64,000 nucleotides of DNA, from sequence record PV467749.1. One strand, written 5' to 3'. This DNA comes from a phage. The notes below the pieces were generated by a model. It saw only the letters and a list, made by a program, of their open reading frames with translations. It had not been told where the DNA came from and ran no database searches. Shown piece after piece: positions 18,648 to 27,992 of this stretch (position 1 is the stretch's first letter; each line of letters begins with the position of its first letter). Position numbers and translations under genes: made by a program.

Positions 18648-18805
18648 TACAATAATCCTCTCACATAAAACATTGATGAAAATAGATAATCTTCAGTACT
18701 AGAATTTAGTAGTTTATCAAAACTATAATTTTTATGCTTATTTTCATACAAAGACATTCTATAGTATCGTTCTATATTTTCTAAGTAGTCTTTTCGTAAT
18801 AACAT
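18647..18805 (-). CDS. possible small protein (52 aa), below the ORF-track cutoff
   Basis: ATG 18805, MLLRKDYLENIERYYRMSLYENK...; TAATG overlap with the next start; no clear RBS. Confidence 0.35.
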   Translation of the reverse strand: MLLRKDYLENIERYYRMSLYENKHKNYSFDKLLNSSTEDYLFSSMFYVRGLL

Positions 18806-18841
18806 CTGCGTTGTTACATTCACTATAATGTACCTTAAAAG

Positions 18842-18869
18842 AAAAAGGGACCAATATATGATCCCTTTT
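18842..18869 (-). terminator. possible intrinsic terminator (weak stem)
   Basis: AAAGGGA...TCCCTTT stem with adjoining T-run, just after the pseT stop. Confidence 0.4.
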
Positions 18870-18872
18870 GTA

Positions 18873-19805
18873 TTAGAAATTTCCTTCAGCCACTTGGAAA
18901 ACTTTCAACCCAAGTAACTTACGCCACATGAATACAACTTGATTGCGGTCATCATAAACCTTTTTAACATCGTAATGATCAACCACATTTTTCATGTACA
19001 GGTCGAATTTTACAACATCATCAGGACGTTTATCATCAATGTCTCGCATAAACAATGCATCATAAGGAACACCCCAATTCTTAAGCCACTGTTCGGTATC
19101 AGCACGACACCCTTCAGTACGCCCACTCATGACGATAATCTTGCGTTTATGAAAAACTGCTTCTGCGATAATAGACAAAATAACTTCGTCGTCTGGTGTA
19201 TCCTGGAGTACAGTACTTTCATCGAACGGGTTACGTCCCCATTTATGAGCAAGAGTACCGTCGATATCAACGATAATAGCAGCTTCTCGTGAATTACCAT
19301 AGTAACCAATGTGTAATGCCTTACTATAATAGTACGTATCTGCCATAGTGTCAATGATATTATCTTGTACTGAACGCTCACGCTGGAGGTTATATTTCTT
19401 ACAAAGTTTTACGAACTCTTTAATCTTAAAGAATTCATGAACATCTGCACCACGGTCTTCATTAGGTACAAAATCATCATAGAAGTTCTTTTCTTTGTAA
19501 TCATAACCATTATCTATAGCCCATACTTTCCATAGATTACGGAAATGTTGTTTAAGGTTCGTATCGGATATGATGATGTTCCAACCATTCTCTGCTGCTG
19601 AATTTGCTGCACTGAACTGTAAATTAGTTACGTACTGCTCATTAGCATCGTTGAATTTGTAAGCATCATGTGACCCAGCCATAGATTCACGAATATCATC
19701 ACGGTTGATGTTGATAGTCTTGGATTTGGCTTTTTTAATCTCTTGCACTGCCCATGTAGTTTTACCACACCCAGGCAATCCAACTGTTAGTGTGATAGTT
19801 GGCAT
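18873..19805 (-). CDS. pseT: polynucleotide 5'-kinase/3'-phosphatase (T4 PseT-like)
   Basis: 310 aa; P-loop GLPGCGKTT, NINRDDIRE, HAD motif IVDIDGTLA, C-terminus DDRNQVVFMWRKLGLKVFQVAEGNF closely parallels T4 Pnk as I recall it. Confidence 0.9.
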   Translation of the reverse strand: MPTITLTVGLPGCGKTTWAVQEIKKAKSKTININRDDIRESMAGSHDAYKFNDANEQYVTNLQFSAANSAAENGWNIIISDTNLKQHFRNLWKVWAIDNGYDYKEKNFYDDFVPNEDRGADVHEFFKIKEFVKLCKKYNLQRERSVQDNIIDTMADTYYYSKALHIGYYGNSREAAIIVDIDGTLAHKWGRNPFDESTVLQDTPDDEVILSIIAEAVFHKRKIIVMSGRTEGCRADTEQWLKNWGVPYDALFMRDIDDKRPDDVVKFDLYMKNVVDHYDVKKVYDDRNQVVFMWRKLLGLKVFQVAEGNF

Positions 19806-19808
19806 CCT

Positions 19809-20120
19809 TTAATCCTCTAAAAATTTAACATGCTCTATATTATGATAGGTGAGCCATTCCTGTGGTGTTCCCTTGCGTATTAAAACACCAATATACGCAA
19901 TACCATTAATTAGACCATTACTATCAGTATTCACATCAACTTTCACAATCTCGGAATCGTACCAGTGTTTGAATGTGTAATCCCAACATCTGACTTTCTT
20001 TCCAATAAGATTGCTCTTGTATTTGTCAATCATTTCATCGACGATAGTTTGTACTGAATTTTTAATTTCAGCTTCTACTGACTTTATATGTAGTAAATTA
20101 CTTTGTGCATTGTTTATCAT
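19809..20120 (-). CDS. small helix-plus-beta protein, unknown function
   Basis: Start moved from a TTG to ATG 20120, 103 aa; helix then NLIGKKVRCWDY. Confidence 0.55.
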   Translation of the reverse strand: MINNAQSNLLHIKSVEAEIKNSVQTIVDEMIDKYKSNLIGKKVRCWDYTFKHWYDSEIVKVDVNTDSNGLINGIAYIGVLIRKGTPQEWLTYHNIEHVKFLED

Positions 20121-20334
20121 TGTATTTCCCAATCCCAAATCGCTTGGAGATTTTCACAAGTACAGATTCATCACAACGAATACTAGCAGTATCATTGGAT
20201 GAACTGTACTTTAATGGGGTCCACTGTAATTGAGATTCTTCTAGGAACTTGATACATCTGAAATAATCTTTCAAGGAAAGAAATTTAACTACTGACATAT
20301 CCTGAACAATACTATGCTGAACTTCAACTTTCAT
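20098..20334 (-). CDS. hypothetical protein
   Basis: 78-aa ORF. Confidence 0.5.
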   Translation of the reverse strand: MKVEVQHSIVQDMSVVKFLSLKDYFRCIKFLEESQLQWTPLKYSSSNDTASIRCDESVLVKISKRFGIGKYNDKQCTK

Positions 20335-20343
20335 ATGAACTCC

Positions 20344-20601
20344 TTATAGTGGGTCGAATTTATTTTCACGTTTCGATGTATAGCGAGTTACATCATGTAT
20401 TCTCGGCTTAACACCTTTTGGTTTCCTTTTCTTCTTGTATTCAGTACTACTACACCCGAAAGTATTCTCGATTCGTTTCTTACTAATCTTCACACCTTTC
20501 TTAGAGCGTTTGTGCTGTAATTCATCGATTTCTTCTTGTATTTTCCTGAATTCTGTCGGAGAAAGGGAACCGTCATTTTTATACTTAGGTTTAGCCATCA
20601 C
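20344..20601 (-). CDS. small Lys/Arg-rich basic protein
   Basis: 85 aa, MMAKPKYKNDGS...KKKRKPKGVKPR. Confidence 0.55.
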   Translation of the reverse strand: MMAKPKYKNDGSLSPTEFRKIQEEIDELQHKRSKKGVKISKKRIENTFGCSSTEYKKKRKPKGVKPRIHDVTRYTSKRENKFDPL

Positions 20602-20627
20602 TTCTCCTTGTGCTAGGCTAGATAGTA

Positions 20628-21770
20628 CTAAAAATCCTTTAGTACAATTTTCATGTACTTAATAAGAGTCTCTTTGTAATCGACTTTCTTATTGTTGTAC
20701 ATTGCAAAGGCCAAGCCCTGACGATTCAGTTCATTAGTTAAACACTCCTGAACCTTCTTAGCGAATTCCTTTCGCTCCAAGTGCTTGTGTTCCTTGACGA
20801 AGCTTTCAACTTCATCTTGTAAAGCATTATAGCACGAAAAGACTAGTTGTTCCATTCTTAATATCTTTTGGGTAGCATATTCGTCAGTACTGAACAACTG
20901 TTTTAAATCATCACTCGAACCATTTAATACAGCTTCATATAAATGGGAATCGATTATAATACTGTCTTTCGTTAAATGCAAAGAACAATACCAGTCGGTT
21001 TTGATTTTGCACATTGTACCATTATTTAGGATGCACACAAAACCTTCAATGTCAAGCATTTTCTTAACTTCTTCAACACTTTCTTTGAATGTAGCACGAA
21101 CAGGGAAAGTGTAATGAATATCTTTACCTGTCATGTTAGTACTGTACTGTGCAAGGCATGGAAACTTGTTACGTAATGCAGAACCACATAATAGTTCACC
21201 ACTCTTGCGATGGCGAACGTTTAGTACAAATATTTGTTCAACCTGGTATGGTAATACAATACGGTACTCTGGACTTGTATACTCCAGATTAACAGTATAG
21301 CCCAAACGGTCTGCTTCGTCAATGTATTGATACAAATTTTGGTTCTCATTGAGAAGACGAGTACTGTTAATCGCATGGTCTGAATACAATGCAGTATGTG
21401 ATTTACAACGAATTACACCATCATTATCACGGTAAGTACTGATTACTGAACCATCCAACTTAGGCATCACTACTGCAATGTCATCGAATGTGGTATCAGC
21501 AGGGAACATTGTAGCAGGATTTTCGTAAGCATTGAAGAACTTTTTCATAGTACGAGCAGCACAACGAATCATATCACCGTCTTCATCAATTTCCCACATA
21601 GAACCACGGGTTTCTAATGCATTGGGTTGCATGAAATCGGTATATGATGCTAGACGATAACTGAATACACGATACGTTCCACCAGCAGGACTTTTATGAT
21701 CCACATAAAAGAAAGCCTCACGGGTATTACATAAGTGCATTAAATCTTCATATATTTGTAAAAGGGTCAT
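20628..21770 (-). CDS. rnlA: RNA ligase 1 (T4 RnlA-like)
   Basis: 380 aa; FFYVDHKSPAGGTYRVFSYRLASYTDF parallels the T4 Rnl1 N-terminus as I recall it; adenylation motif PKLDGS. Confidence 0.85.
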   Translation of the reverse strand: MTLLQIYEDLMHLCNTREAFFYVDHKSPAGGTYRVFSYRLASYTDFMQPNALETRGSMWEIDEDGDMIRCAARTMKKFFNAYENPATMFPADTTFDDIAVVMPKLDGSVISTYRDNDGVIRCKSHTALYSDHAINSTRLLNENQNLYQYIDEADRLGYTVNLEYTSPEYRIVLPYQVEQIFVLNVRHRKSGELLCGSALRNKFPCLAQYSTNMTGKDIHYTFPVRATFKESVEEVKKMLDIEGFVCILNNGTMCKIKTDWYCSLHLTKDSIIIDSHLYEAVLNGSSDDLKQLFSTDEYATQKILRMEQLVFSCYNALQDEVESFVKEHKHLERKEFAKKVQECLTNELNRQGLAFAMYNNKKVDYKETLIKYMKIVLKDF

Positions 21771-22030
21771 TTTATTACCTCTATATCTACATCTGTGCCA
21801 TAGTAGGAAACGTAACCATTATCCGACTTACATTGAATTGATAACTCAGATTCATAGTATGTTACTTTGATCACTGTTAGTACTTTTTCTTCAATTTCTC
21901 CCGTTAAATAATCCATTTCACGAACACGAACATTGGTTCCTTTTGGGAGTTCTTGTGCAATTTTATTAACAAGTTCAAAAGCAGCTTCTTCAAGTGTGTG
22001 CAACAATTGCAATCTATCTTGGATATTCAT
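21767..22030 (-). CDS. small helix-plus-beta protein, unknown function
   Basis: Start moved to ATG 22030, 87 aa: MNIQDRLQLLHTLEEAAF... Confidence 0.55.
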   Translation of the reverse strand: MNIQDRLQLLHTLEEAAFELVNKIAQELPKGTNVRVREMDYLTGEIEEKVLTVIKVTYYESELSIQCKSDNGYVSYYGTDVDIEVIK

Positions 22031-22031
22031 A

Positions 22032-22721
22032 TTATTTCCACCAAGTTGTATCTCGACCACCAGACAAAGATTCGTTGTACTGATGCCTGAAATTAGTATT
22101 TGGATTATTTGTCATTGTACTAATAAAATCAAATTTAACATTCTCTTGAATGTAATTAATAACATTATCTTTAAATTTAATAGTACTGAAATCTAAATCC
22201 AAATGTTCATACAATACAGGATGACAAAACTCATGTGTACGCAATGATGGCATGGTATCCTTAATGTATTGCACAGTGTTAATCATTGCATTGTACTCAG
22301 GCATAGCACGCATCATCATTAGCTGAAAGTGTTCTTCCTCTGACATTGACTCATCCAAATCAATAACTACTTCATCATTTTTAGAGTCATATACTTTAAT
22401 GGAACTCTTTGTTGGATCAAGCATAGCCCACTCTGGATACAGGCATGTTTTCCAAAAAGGATTATTGCACTGAAACATACTAATGAGATTTTGATTTTTA
22501 TCAAAAATAGCAAATCCAAGATCCGAACTTGGCTGTACTTCACATACACAAATATCATAAGGGGAGTCTTCAGTACTGAATGATCCAACTACATTTGATA
22601 TATGTGAATATGGAGTTTCTCTTGATTTTAATTCAAAGGCTCTCTCCATACGATTAACCTGCGGTTGTAATGTAATTACACCCCTCAGTACATATAAAAT
22701 TCTATCTAAATCTTTAATCAA
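22032..22721 (-). CDS. hypothetical protein
   Basis: 229-aa ORF. Confidence 0.65.
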   Translation of the reverse strand: MIKDLDRILYVLRGVITLQPQVNRMERAFELKSRETPYSHISNVVGSFSTEDSPYDICVCEVQPSSDLGFAIFDKNQNLISMFQCNNPFWKTCLYPEWAMLDPTKSSIKVYDSKNDEVVIDLDESMSEEEHFQLMMMRAMPEYNAMINTVQYIKDTMPSLRTHEFCHPVLYEHLDLDFSTIKFKDNVINYIQENVKFDFISTMTNNPNTNFRHQYNESLSGGRDTTWWK

Positions 22722-23296
22722 AATTCTATCCTCGTATCGGTTAATTTCGTTCCGTCCATGTACTTAACAGTTATTTCAATGCGACGTTCAGTACTCAATT
22801 TTTGAAGATCATTGTAGTACAATTTAAATTCTTCAAAGAACTCAAGTGGGGGAATATCGTATAAAGTACCAATCTGGAAGTGCTCAGGTAATCCAAATTC
22901 CAATATATCAATCTTAGGCATAAGTCCATCTGCTGCTGCACCTTCTGGAGTACTGCTGTCTGCTATATAAAACATAGAATTACCATGACGCTGGATAACG
23001 AATATGCAATCATCTTCACTTACATAAATCATATTTCCAAGGTATGGATCGTTATCACACAAATTATCATGGACGAGTTGTTGAACTTGAAGTAAATCTT
23101 TTATAATTCCCTGACCACTATCGTCAACTAGAATATGTAAACCAGAACAATCTTTGCTCAACCAGCGGTATCTTGCATCACATCCTGATTCCATAAATGG
23201 ATATTTTGAAAAATCCATATCAGTACCATTATAAAACCAATCGTACCACTCATTACGCATAGTAATCAGCTTAGTACATAATTCTAATACATTCAT
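22718..23296 (-). CDS. hypothetical protein
   Basis: 192-aa ORF; ATGA overlap. Confidence 0.65.
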   Translation of the reverse strand: MNVLELCTKLITMRNEWYDWFYNGTDMDFSKYPFMESGCDARYRWLSKDCSGLHILVDDSGQGIIKDLLQVQQLVHDNLCDNDPYLGNMIYVSEDDCIFVIQRHGNSMFYIADSSTPEGAAADGLMPKIDILEFGLPEHFQIGTLYDIPPLEFFEEFKLYYNDLQKLSTERRIEITVKYMDGTKLTDTRIEF

Positions 23297-23303
23297 TTTA
23301 GTT

Positions 23304-23603
23304 TTATCCTCTTAGTTTAATAGTACTGGCTGGATAATCTACCATAGTACTATCTGGTAATCCTATACAGTAATAAGGAAAATATCCCATCATATTAATA
23401 CCAATTAACATTCCTGTTTTATATGAAGTATTAATTTCATAGTGGTCGTCTATATCAACCGCCAGTCCATATAAGGATATGTTACAATCCTTGATGTATC
23501 GTTCAAAGATTTTATACATTGATGGGTATACAGTTCCATTGGATTCTCTCACTACATCAGCCAACAACTTTATAGTACTGTTAATTAAATCTATACTAAT
23601 CAT
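23304..23603 (-). CDS. hypothetical protein
   Basis: 99-aa ORF. Confidence 0.6.
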   Translation of the reverse strand: MISIDLINSTIKLLADVVRESNGTVYPSMYKIFERYIKDCNISLYGLAVDIDDHYEINTSYKTGMLIGINMMGYFPYYCIGLPDSTMVDYPASTIKLRG

Positions 23604-23615
23604 CTTTGTACCTGC

Positions 23616-23640
23616 GAAAAAAGACCAGCAAACGCTGGCC
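23616..23640 (-). terminator. intrinsic terminator
   Basis: Minus strand GGCCAGC-GTTT-GCTGGTC followed by TTTTTT; after the stop of 23648..23929. Confidence 0.7.
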
Positions 23641-23647
23641 TTAAAAT

Positions 23648-23929
23648 TTAAATTATTTCATATAGACAATATACACCATCAACGCCATCACAAGGAAAAT
23701 CAACATAGAAATTCACACTAACAGTATCATAATCAATTTCAGTGATGTGTCCGGTTTTACCTACACTCTTTACAAATAGTTCAGAACCAAGATATACAAA
23801 CTCAAACTCATCTGCATACTCTTTTATAATATCAGCGAAATCACAACCATATCTGGGATCAGTATTAATAATCTCAAGATATAATGTAATGTATTGTTCG
23901 TATGACCATGTGTGTAGGTAAAAATCCAT
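23648..23929 (-). CDS. hypothetical protein
   Basis: 93-aa ORF. Confidence 0.6.
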   Translation of the reverse strand: MDFYLHTWSYEQYITLYLEIINTDPRYGCDFADIIKEYADEFEFVYLGSELFVKSVGKTGHITEIDYDTVSVNFYVDFPCDGVDGVYCLYEII

Positions 23930-23938
23930 AACAGTTCC

Positions 23939-24667
23939 TTAGAAATATACCATACCCATCAATTCTGAATCTTCAGGACGAGTATAACTTTGTTTTTTAA
24001 CTTTAAAGTAGAAGGATTCATTATCTTCTAAATTATAACGTTTCTTTAAGCAACGGGTGTATGTTTGGCAATTAGGTGAAACCCATTCATAAACATGAAC
24101 ACCATTTTCATCATAACCATTAATACTACAACGGTTTCCTTCGTGTTTCTTGAAGTTTTTACTCTTCTCAGTGAATTCTTTTACCGATGTAGAGGCTGGT
24201 TTTTTATATTCAAATGGAACTTCTGTTATACGAAAATAGAAATATTGTTCGTCTTCATCATATCCAACGAGCACTGTGTTAGTTTCACGTACATTGTAAT
24301 GATTCTTACTTTTCAATTCATTTTCGTATATATCTTTTAATACCTCATCGAATACAATATCACTTGCTGCATTTGGGTCTGAAACCCCACTAATACGGCG
24401 TTCAATAATAAAATCGGTGAATTTGCGGTCTTCTGAAATATCTTCATTCATATAAAGACCTACGAACTTATCCTTGTATGTCTTTACGCTATATTGTTTG
24501 CTTTGAACTTCACTATAAACATCAGCTAACATGTTAGCTTGTCCACATTGTATACCACTAGATGAATATGCAGCAGCATGTTCAGCCATAACAGATGTTA
24601 ACATTTGGAAATTTGCAATATTGAGTTGATTCGCCATTTCTGTTGCAAATTTTATATTATCTATCAT
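23939..24667 (-). CDS. hypothetical protein
   Basis: 242-aa ORF. Confidence 0.65.
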   Translation of the reverse strand: MIDNIKFATEMANQLNIANFQMLTSVMAEHAAAYSSSGIQCGQANMLADVYSEVQSKQYSVKTYKDKFVGLYMNEDISEDRKFTDFIIERRISGVSDPNAASDIVFDEVLKDIYENELKSKNHYNVRETNTVLVGYDEDEQYFYFRITEVPFEYKKPASTSVKEFTEKSKNFKKHEGNRCSINGYDENGVHVYEWVSPNCQTYTRCLKKRYNLEDNESFYFKVKKQSYTRPEDSELMGMVYF

Positions 24668-24692
24668 TTCACATTCCTTGTGTTTATGATTT

Positions 24693-25625
24693 TCATATTT
24701 TTAATTTATTTTCGAGTAAACATTTACATATATAATCAATAACAAGATTTATATCTTGTAAATCAAATGTTTCAGTATACCCATCGCCAAAATAATCCTT
24801 TGGCAATTTACTACTATTTTTAAGCAGATTTAAAATATTATATTCTACACTTTTAATAACTTCGGTATTACCAGTAAAATAATATAATTCCTCTACTATA
24901 AAATTAGTTTTTGACCTAATACTAATTAGTCTCGATTTATCAATCTTTGTAGAAATACCAACTTTATATTTTATTAAAATATTTTGTTCATATATTCCTA
25001 AAATATATAATTTACTTTCTTCTGGGATTGGTCTGATACAATTGCAGTTAAGAGTTCCACATTTAACTCTACTATAATTAATATATTTGTCAAAATTACA
25101 CGCTGTACAATAAAATCTAACCTTATATTGTGTGCCACGATATGTAGATTTATCCATATATATTGTATTTGAGTAATCTTTTATTTTATTCATAATAGTA
25201 TTATATGCTTCGTCGATATTTAACGGCATACAATATAATGAATGACATTTACAATATGAACCTCTAGACTTAACATCATGTACAGTCATATATCTTTCAA
25301 AGGCACAATCATCACAATAAAATCTAGATTTGTTTTTTGTAGTTGTGAATGTGGAAATATCTAATTTTAATTTTGAATTAATTTCACCCAATTTATTATA
25401 TAAAGTTTTAAATGTGGGACAATGACAAAATATCCCATTTTTGTACACATTCCTAACTATGATATTTTTACAAAACCCACATTCATCACAGAAAAAAGTT
25501 GATTTGTTTGATATGGTTGTGTATGTTGTTCTATCCATTTTTACCGATGAACCAATTGAACTCAATTTTTCATCAACCAGTCTGAATACTTCAGAATCTG
25601 GCTTTTTACTTGGCACTTTACACAC
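24693..25625 (-). CDS. triple zinc-ribbon repeat protein with C-terminal GIY-YIG-like (T5orf172-type) domain
   Basis: 310 aa; three internal repeats (F-C-D-x-C-x-F...G-x-x-C-x-C); C-terminal YILGIYEQNILIKYKVGIST...R pattern; start uncertain (GTG at 25625 or 25616). Confidence 0.45.
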   Translation of the reverse strand: MCKVPSKKPDSEVFRLVDEKLSSIGSSVKMDRTTYTTISNKSTFFCDECGFCKNIIVRNVYKNGIFCHCPTFKTLYNKLGEINSKLKLDISTFTTTKNKSRFYCDDCAFERYMTVHDVKSRGSYCKCHSLYCMPLNIDEAYNTIMNKIKDYSNTIYMDKSTYRGTQYKVRFYCTACNFDKYINYSRVKCGTLNCNCIRPIPEESKLYILGIYEQNILIKYKVGISTKIDKSRLISIRSKTNFIVEELYYFTGNTEVIKSVEYNILNLLKNSSKLPKDYFGDGYTETFDLQDINLVIDYICKCLLENKLKI

Positions 25626-25656
25626 TCCTTGTGTTAGTTATTGTTCCTCATCCAAT

Positions 25657-25684
25657 ATTATATCACTACTTGAGCTATTGTCCC
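25657..25684 (-). promoter_or_regulatory. sigma70-like promoter with extended -10
   Basis: Minus strand GGGACA-N16-TATAAT with TGA; overlaps the 3' end of 25675..25959. Confidence 0.55.
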
Positions 25685-25959
25685 GCTTTGTAACAATAAA
25701 GATTCTCAAATTTAAAGTTCTCTATATCACATTCCTCACGAACTCGGTTCTTGTTCCAGAACAGAATACGAATCCTTTCATAATCACGATAAACACTAAT
25801 AATACTTTTGTGTTTAGATTTGTAGTACTGCTGTATAACCTGAAGAGTTATATCCCTCAACTTGGACTTAATTGGGTAAGACATATCATTACTAGTTGTT
25901 ATGGTATAAACCATCTTCATCGTTTCAGCAACAAGTACTTCATTCGATTTATTTGCCAT
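25675..25959 (-). CDS. hypothetical protein
   Basis: Start moved to ATG 25959 (AAGGA RBS), 94 aa. Confidence 0.55.
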   Translation of the reverse strand: MANKSNEVLVAETMKMVYTITTSNDMSYPIKSKLRDITLQVIQQYYKSKHKSIISVYRDYERIRILFWNKNRVREECDIENFKFENLYCYKAGQ

Positions 25960-26122
25960 TAAAATCCTTACAAACACTATGTAAAGTAAATCCTAAACCT
26001 ACACCTACGAATGGGAATAGTAAATTAATGTACCAGACATTCATTGTCGAAAGGAAACAAATCCCACTTACTGTCAGTACTGCTAGTGAGAAAAGACTCC
26101 AGATAAAAAATAATGCTCTCAT
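25949..26122 (-). CDS. small two-TM membrane protein (57 aa), below the ORF-track cutoff
   Basis: MRALFFIWSLFSLAVLTVSGICFL...LLFPFVGVGLGF; ATGA overlap with the stop of 26119..26409. Confidence 0.5.
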   Translation of the reverse strand: MRALFFIWSLFSLAVLTVSGICFLSTMNVWYINLLFPFVGVGLGFTLHSVCKDFNGK

Positions 26123-26409
26123 AAAAATGTTACCTCGTTAGATGAGTAGTTACGATATATTTGTGAATTATGTTCCACACCATGAATTGTTATATGCCCG
26201 TTGTAGAAAAAAGTAATATCTACAACTTTGAGTTCTTTACGTTTTTTAGTACTGAAATATCTACCAACTAACGCAGCATATATATAATCCCTGTACTCTT
26301 GAGTAATGAATTTATACATATTATGATTTGCACTGCACTTTTCATCATAAGTATTAGTATATTCTTTCATCAGTAGAGCATATGTTTTTTGTATTAATAT
26401 GATATTCAT
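26119..26409 (-). CDS. family B small protein
   Basis: 96 aa, MNIILIQKTYALLMKEY... Confidence 0.6.
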   Translation of the reverse strand: MNIILIQKTYALLMKEYTNTYDEKCSANHNMYKFITQEYRDYIYAALVGRYFSTKKRKELKVVDITFFYNGHITIHGVEHNSQIYRNYSSNEVTFL

Positions 26410-26669
26410 CTGTAGTTTAATATTGAAATGGGAAGACTATATATATGTACGTGAAGTTTATCAACTCGTTCCATATTAACTTTTAAAGTACTTCCATAAC
26501 GACTAATGCTATCTATACGATAAAGCACGTCATTCAGCATCATTACGGTATCGGTGTAATCTTCACTAAGAGATTCAATGTAGATATCTTCAAGTTTCAC
26601 ATCCATGCGTGGTATATCTAAATCCCTCAATAAACGCAGTGTTTGCACGATCAGTTCAGCTTTAGTCAT
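26406..26669 (-). CDS. small hypothetical protein
   Basis: Start moved to ATG 26669 (8-nt overlap with the upstream stop), 87 aa: MTKAELIVQTLRLL... Confidence 0.55.
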   Translation of the reverse strand: MTKAELIVQTLRLLRDLDIPRMDVKLEDIYIESLSEDYTDTVMMLNDVLYRIDSISRYGSTLKVNMERVDKLHVHIYSLPISILNYR

Positions 26670-26862
26670 GAATACGCTCACATGCCAGACAATAAATGCA
26701 CTCAATGTCAGGTCGCCATGATTTATCAAAATCTTTGTGCTGTTCTTCAGTGTATTCCGAATCATCATTGATGGGAAAGAAATCACCAGCACCAGAGGCC
26801 CAGTCTGAATCTAAACGGAAACGAGCTAATTGAGTACTGTTGCAATATGGACATTTATTCAA
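26662..26862 (-). CDS. small zinc-ribbon protein
   Basis: 66 aa; CPYC...CIYCLAC (two CxxC pairs). Confidence 0.55.
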   Translation of the reverse strand: MNKCPYCNSTQLARFRLDSDWASGAGDFFPINDDSEYTEEQHKDFDKSWRPDIECIYCLACERIHD

Positions 26863-27139
26863 AATTTATTCCTTCTAACTGATATACGTTTAATGAAAAT
26901 GACCCACTATTATTATCGCATCTGAAACACAGTGTTAAAGAACCATTAAAACTAACAACATCAGTACATATACATTTTTCACCATTGGATATGATAGATT
27001 TTCCTATATATAAATCTCTTACTATAGTACGGTAATGTTGCCATAAAAAATAATACACACTTTCATAGTACTCATCTTTTACATATGACAAGTATAAGAA
27101 TTTATAAAATACTTGTATTTCCTTTAAGTTGTTTTTCAT
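26855..27139 (-). CDS. family B small protein
   Basis: 94 aa, MKNNLKEIQVFYKFLYLSY... Confidence 0.6.
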   Translation of the reverse strand: MKNNLKEIQVFYKFLYLSYVKDEYYESVYYFLWQHYRTIVRDLYIGKSIISNGEKCICTDVVSFNGSLTLCFRCDNNSGSFSLNVYQLEGINFE

Positions 27140-27413
27140 TCTCCAACTCCAGTAAATTTACACCAATCCAATCAACATCACTATCAGTACTTAATTCCAA
27201 TCGTAGCTTACCGCTATGACTAACAATATCTCGGAATTTGTATATTTTATTATCACGAACTATACACAAATCATGGTAATATTCATGTAATTCATCCAAA
27301 AACTTTATCCATACCGAACGATAGATTTCACCGTAGAGATATTCTCCAGCATCAACCGTAGCGTATTGGATATACAAAAATTTGTATGTGAATTGTATAT
27401 CATTAAGATTCAT
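27102..27413 (-). CDS. family B small protein
   Basis: 103 aa, MNLNDIQFTYKFLYIQY... Confidence 0.6.
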   Translation of the reverse strand: MNLNDIQFTYKFLYIQYATVDAGEYLYGEIYRSVWIKFLDELHEYYHDLCIVRDNKIYKFRDIVSHSGKLRLELSTDSDVDWIGVNLLELENEKQLKGNTSIL

Positions 27414-27423
27414 ATGTCAATCC

Positions 27424-27735
27424 TTATAGGTCTGTCAACTTCAAAACTTTGATCTCCATAAATTCCCTATCAGTTTTTTCAAGAAATTCAACATGGATAA
27501 TACCTTGATAAGATTTGACACCTGAGTATTCGAATATATCATCGCCATCAGTGTAAGTACTGTAATTCTTTTTTATATATTCAGCAATAGAATCTAAGTA
27601 ATCATAGTAATTATTAATAAATGGTGATTCTTTTGATTCGACATGTTCACCAATCTTCCCACTAAAAAGATACATGTCATACAAACCATATATATTTTTA
27701 TATGTGAATTGAACATCATTCAAATTTAATTTCAA
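27424..27735 (-). CDS. family B small protein
   Basis: 103 aa, MKLNLNDVQFTYKNIYGLY... Confidence 0.6.
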   Translation of the reverse strand: MKLNLNDVQFTYKNIYGLYDMYLFSGKIGEHVESKESPFINNYYDYLDSIAEYIKKNYSTYTDGDDIFEYSGVKSYQGIIHVEFLEKTDREFMEIKVLKLTDL

Positions 27736-27992
27736 GGGAATATCTCCAGAGGAACACTCGTAAATCCAAAATCAGTGTAGAACTGTACCTCTACTTTACC
27801 ATCGAGCTTAATGATTATATCTGAAAATTCTGCATGATCGTTGTTGATAATTACAGTACTGAATTTTTCTTTAATCCTCTCACGCACAATATTAATCATT
27901 TCAATACATGTATCTTCTAAAAATATACTATTATTTTTATTTGCTAGGTCACGAATGCACTTGAATGTTAATTGGAAATCTTTATAATTCAT
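27732..27992 (-). CDS. family B small protein
   Basis: 86 aa, MNYKDFQLTFKCIRDL... Confidence 0.6.
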   Translation of the reverse strand: MNYKDFQLTFKCIRDLANKNNSIFLEDTCIEMINIVRERIKEKFSTVIINNDHAEFSDIIIKLDGKVEVQFYTDFGFTSVPLEIFP

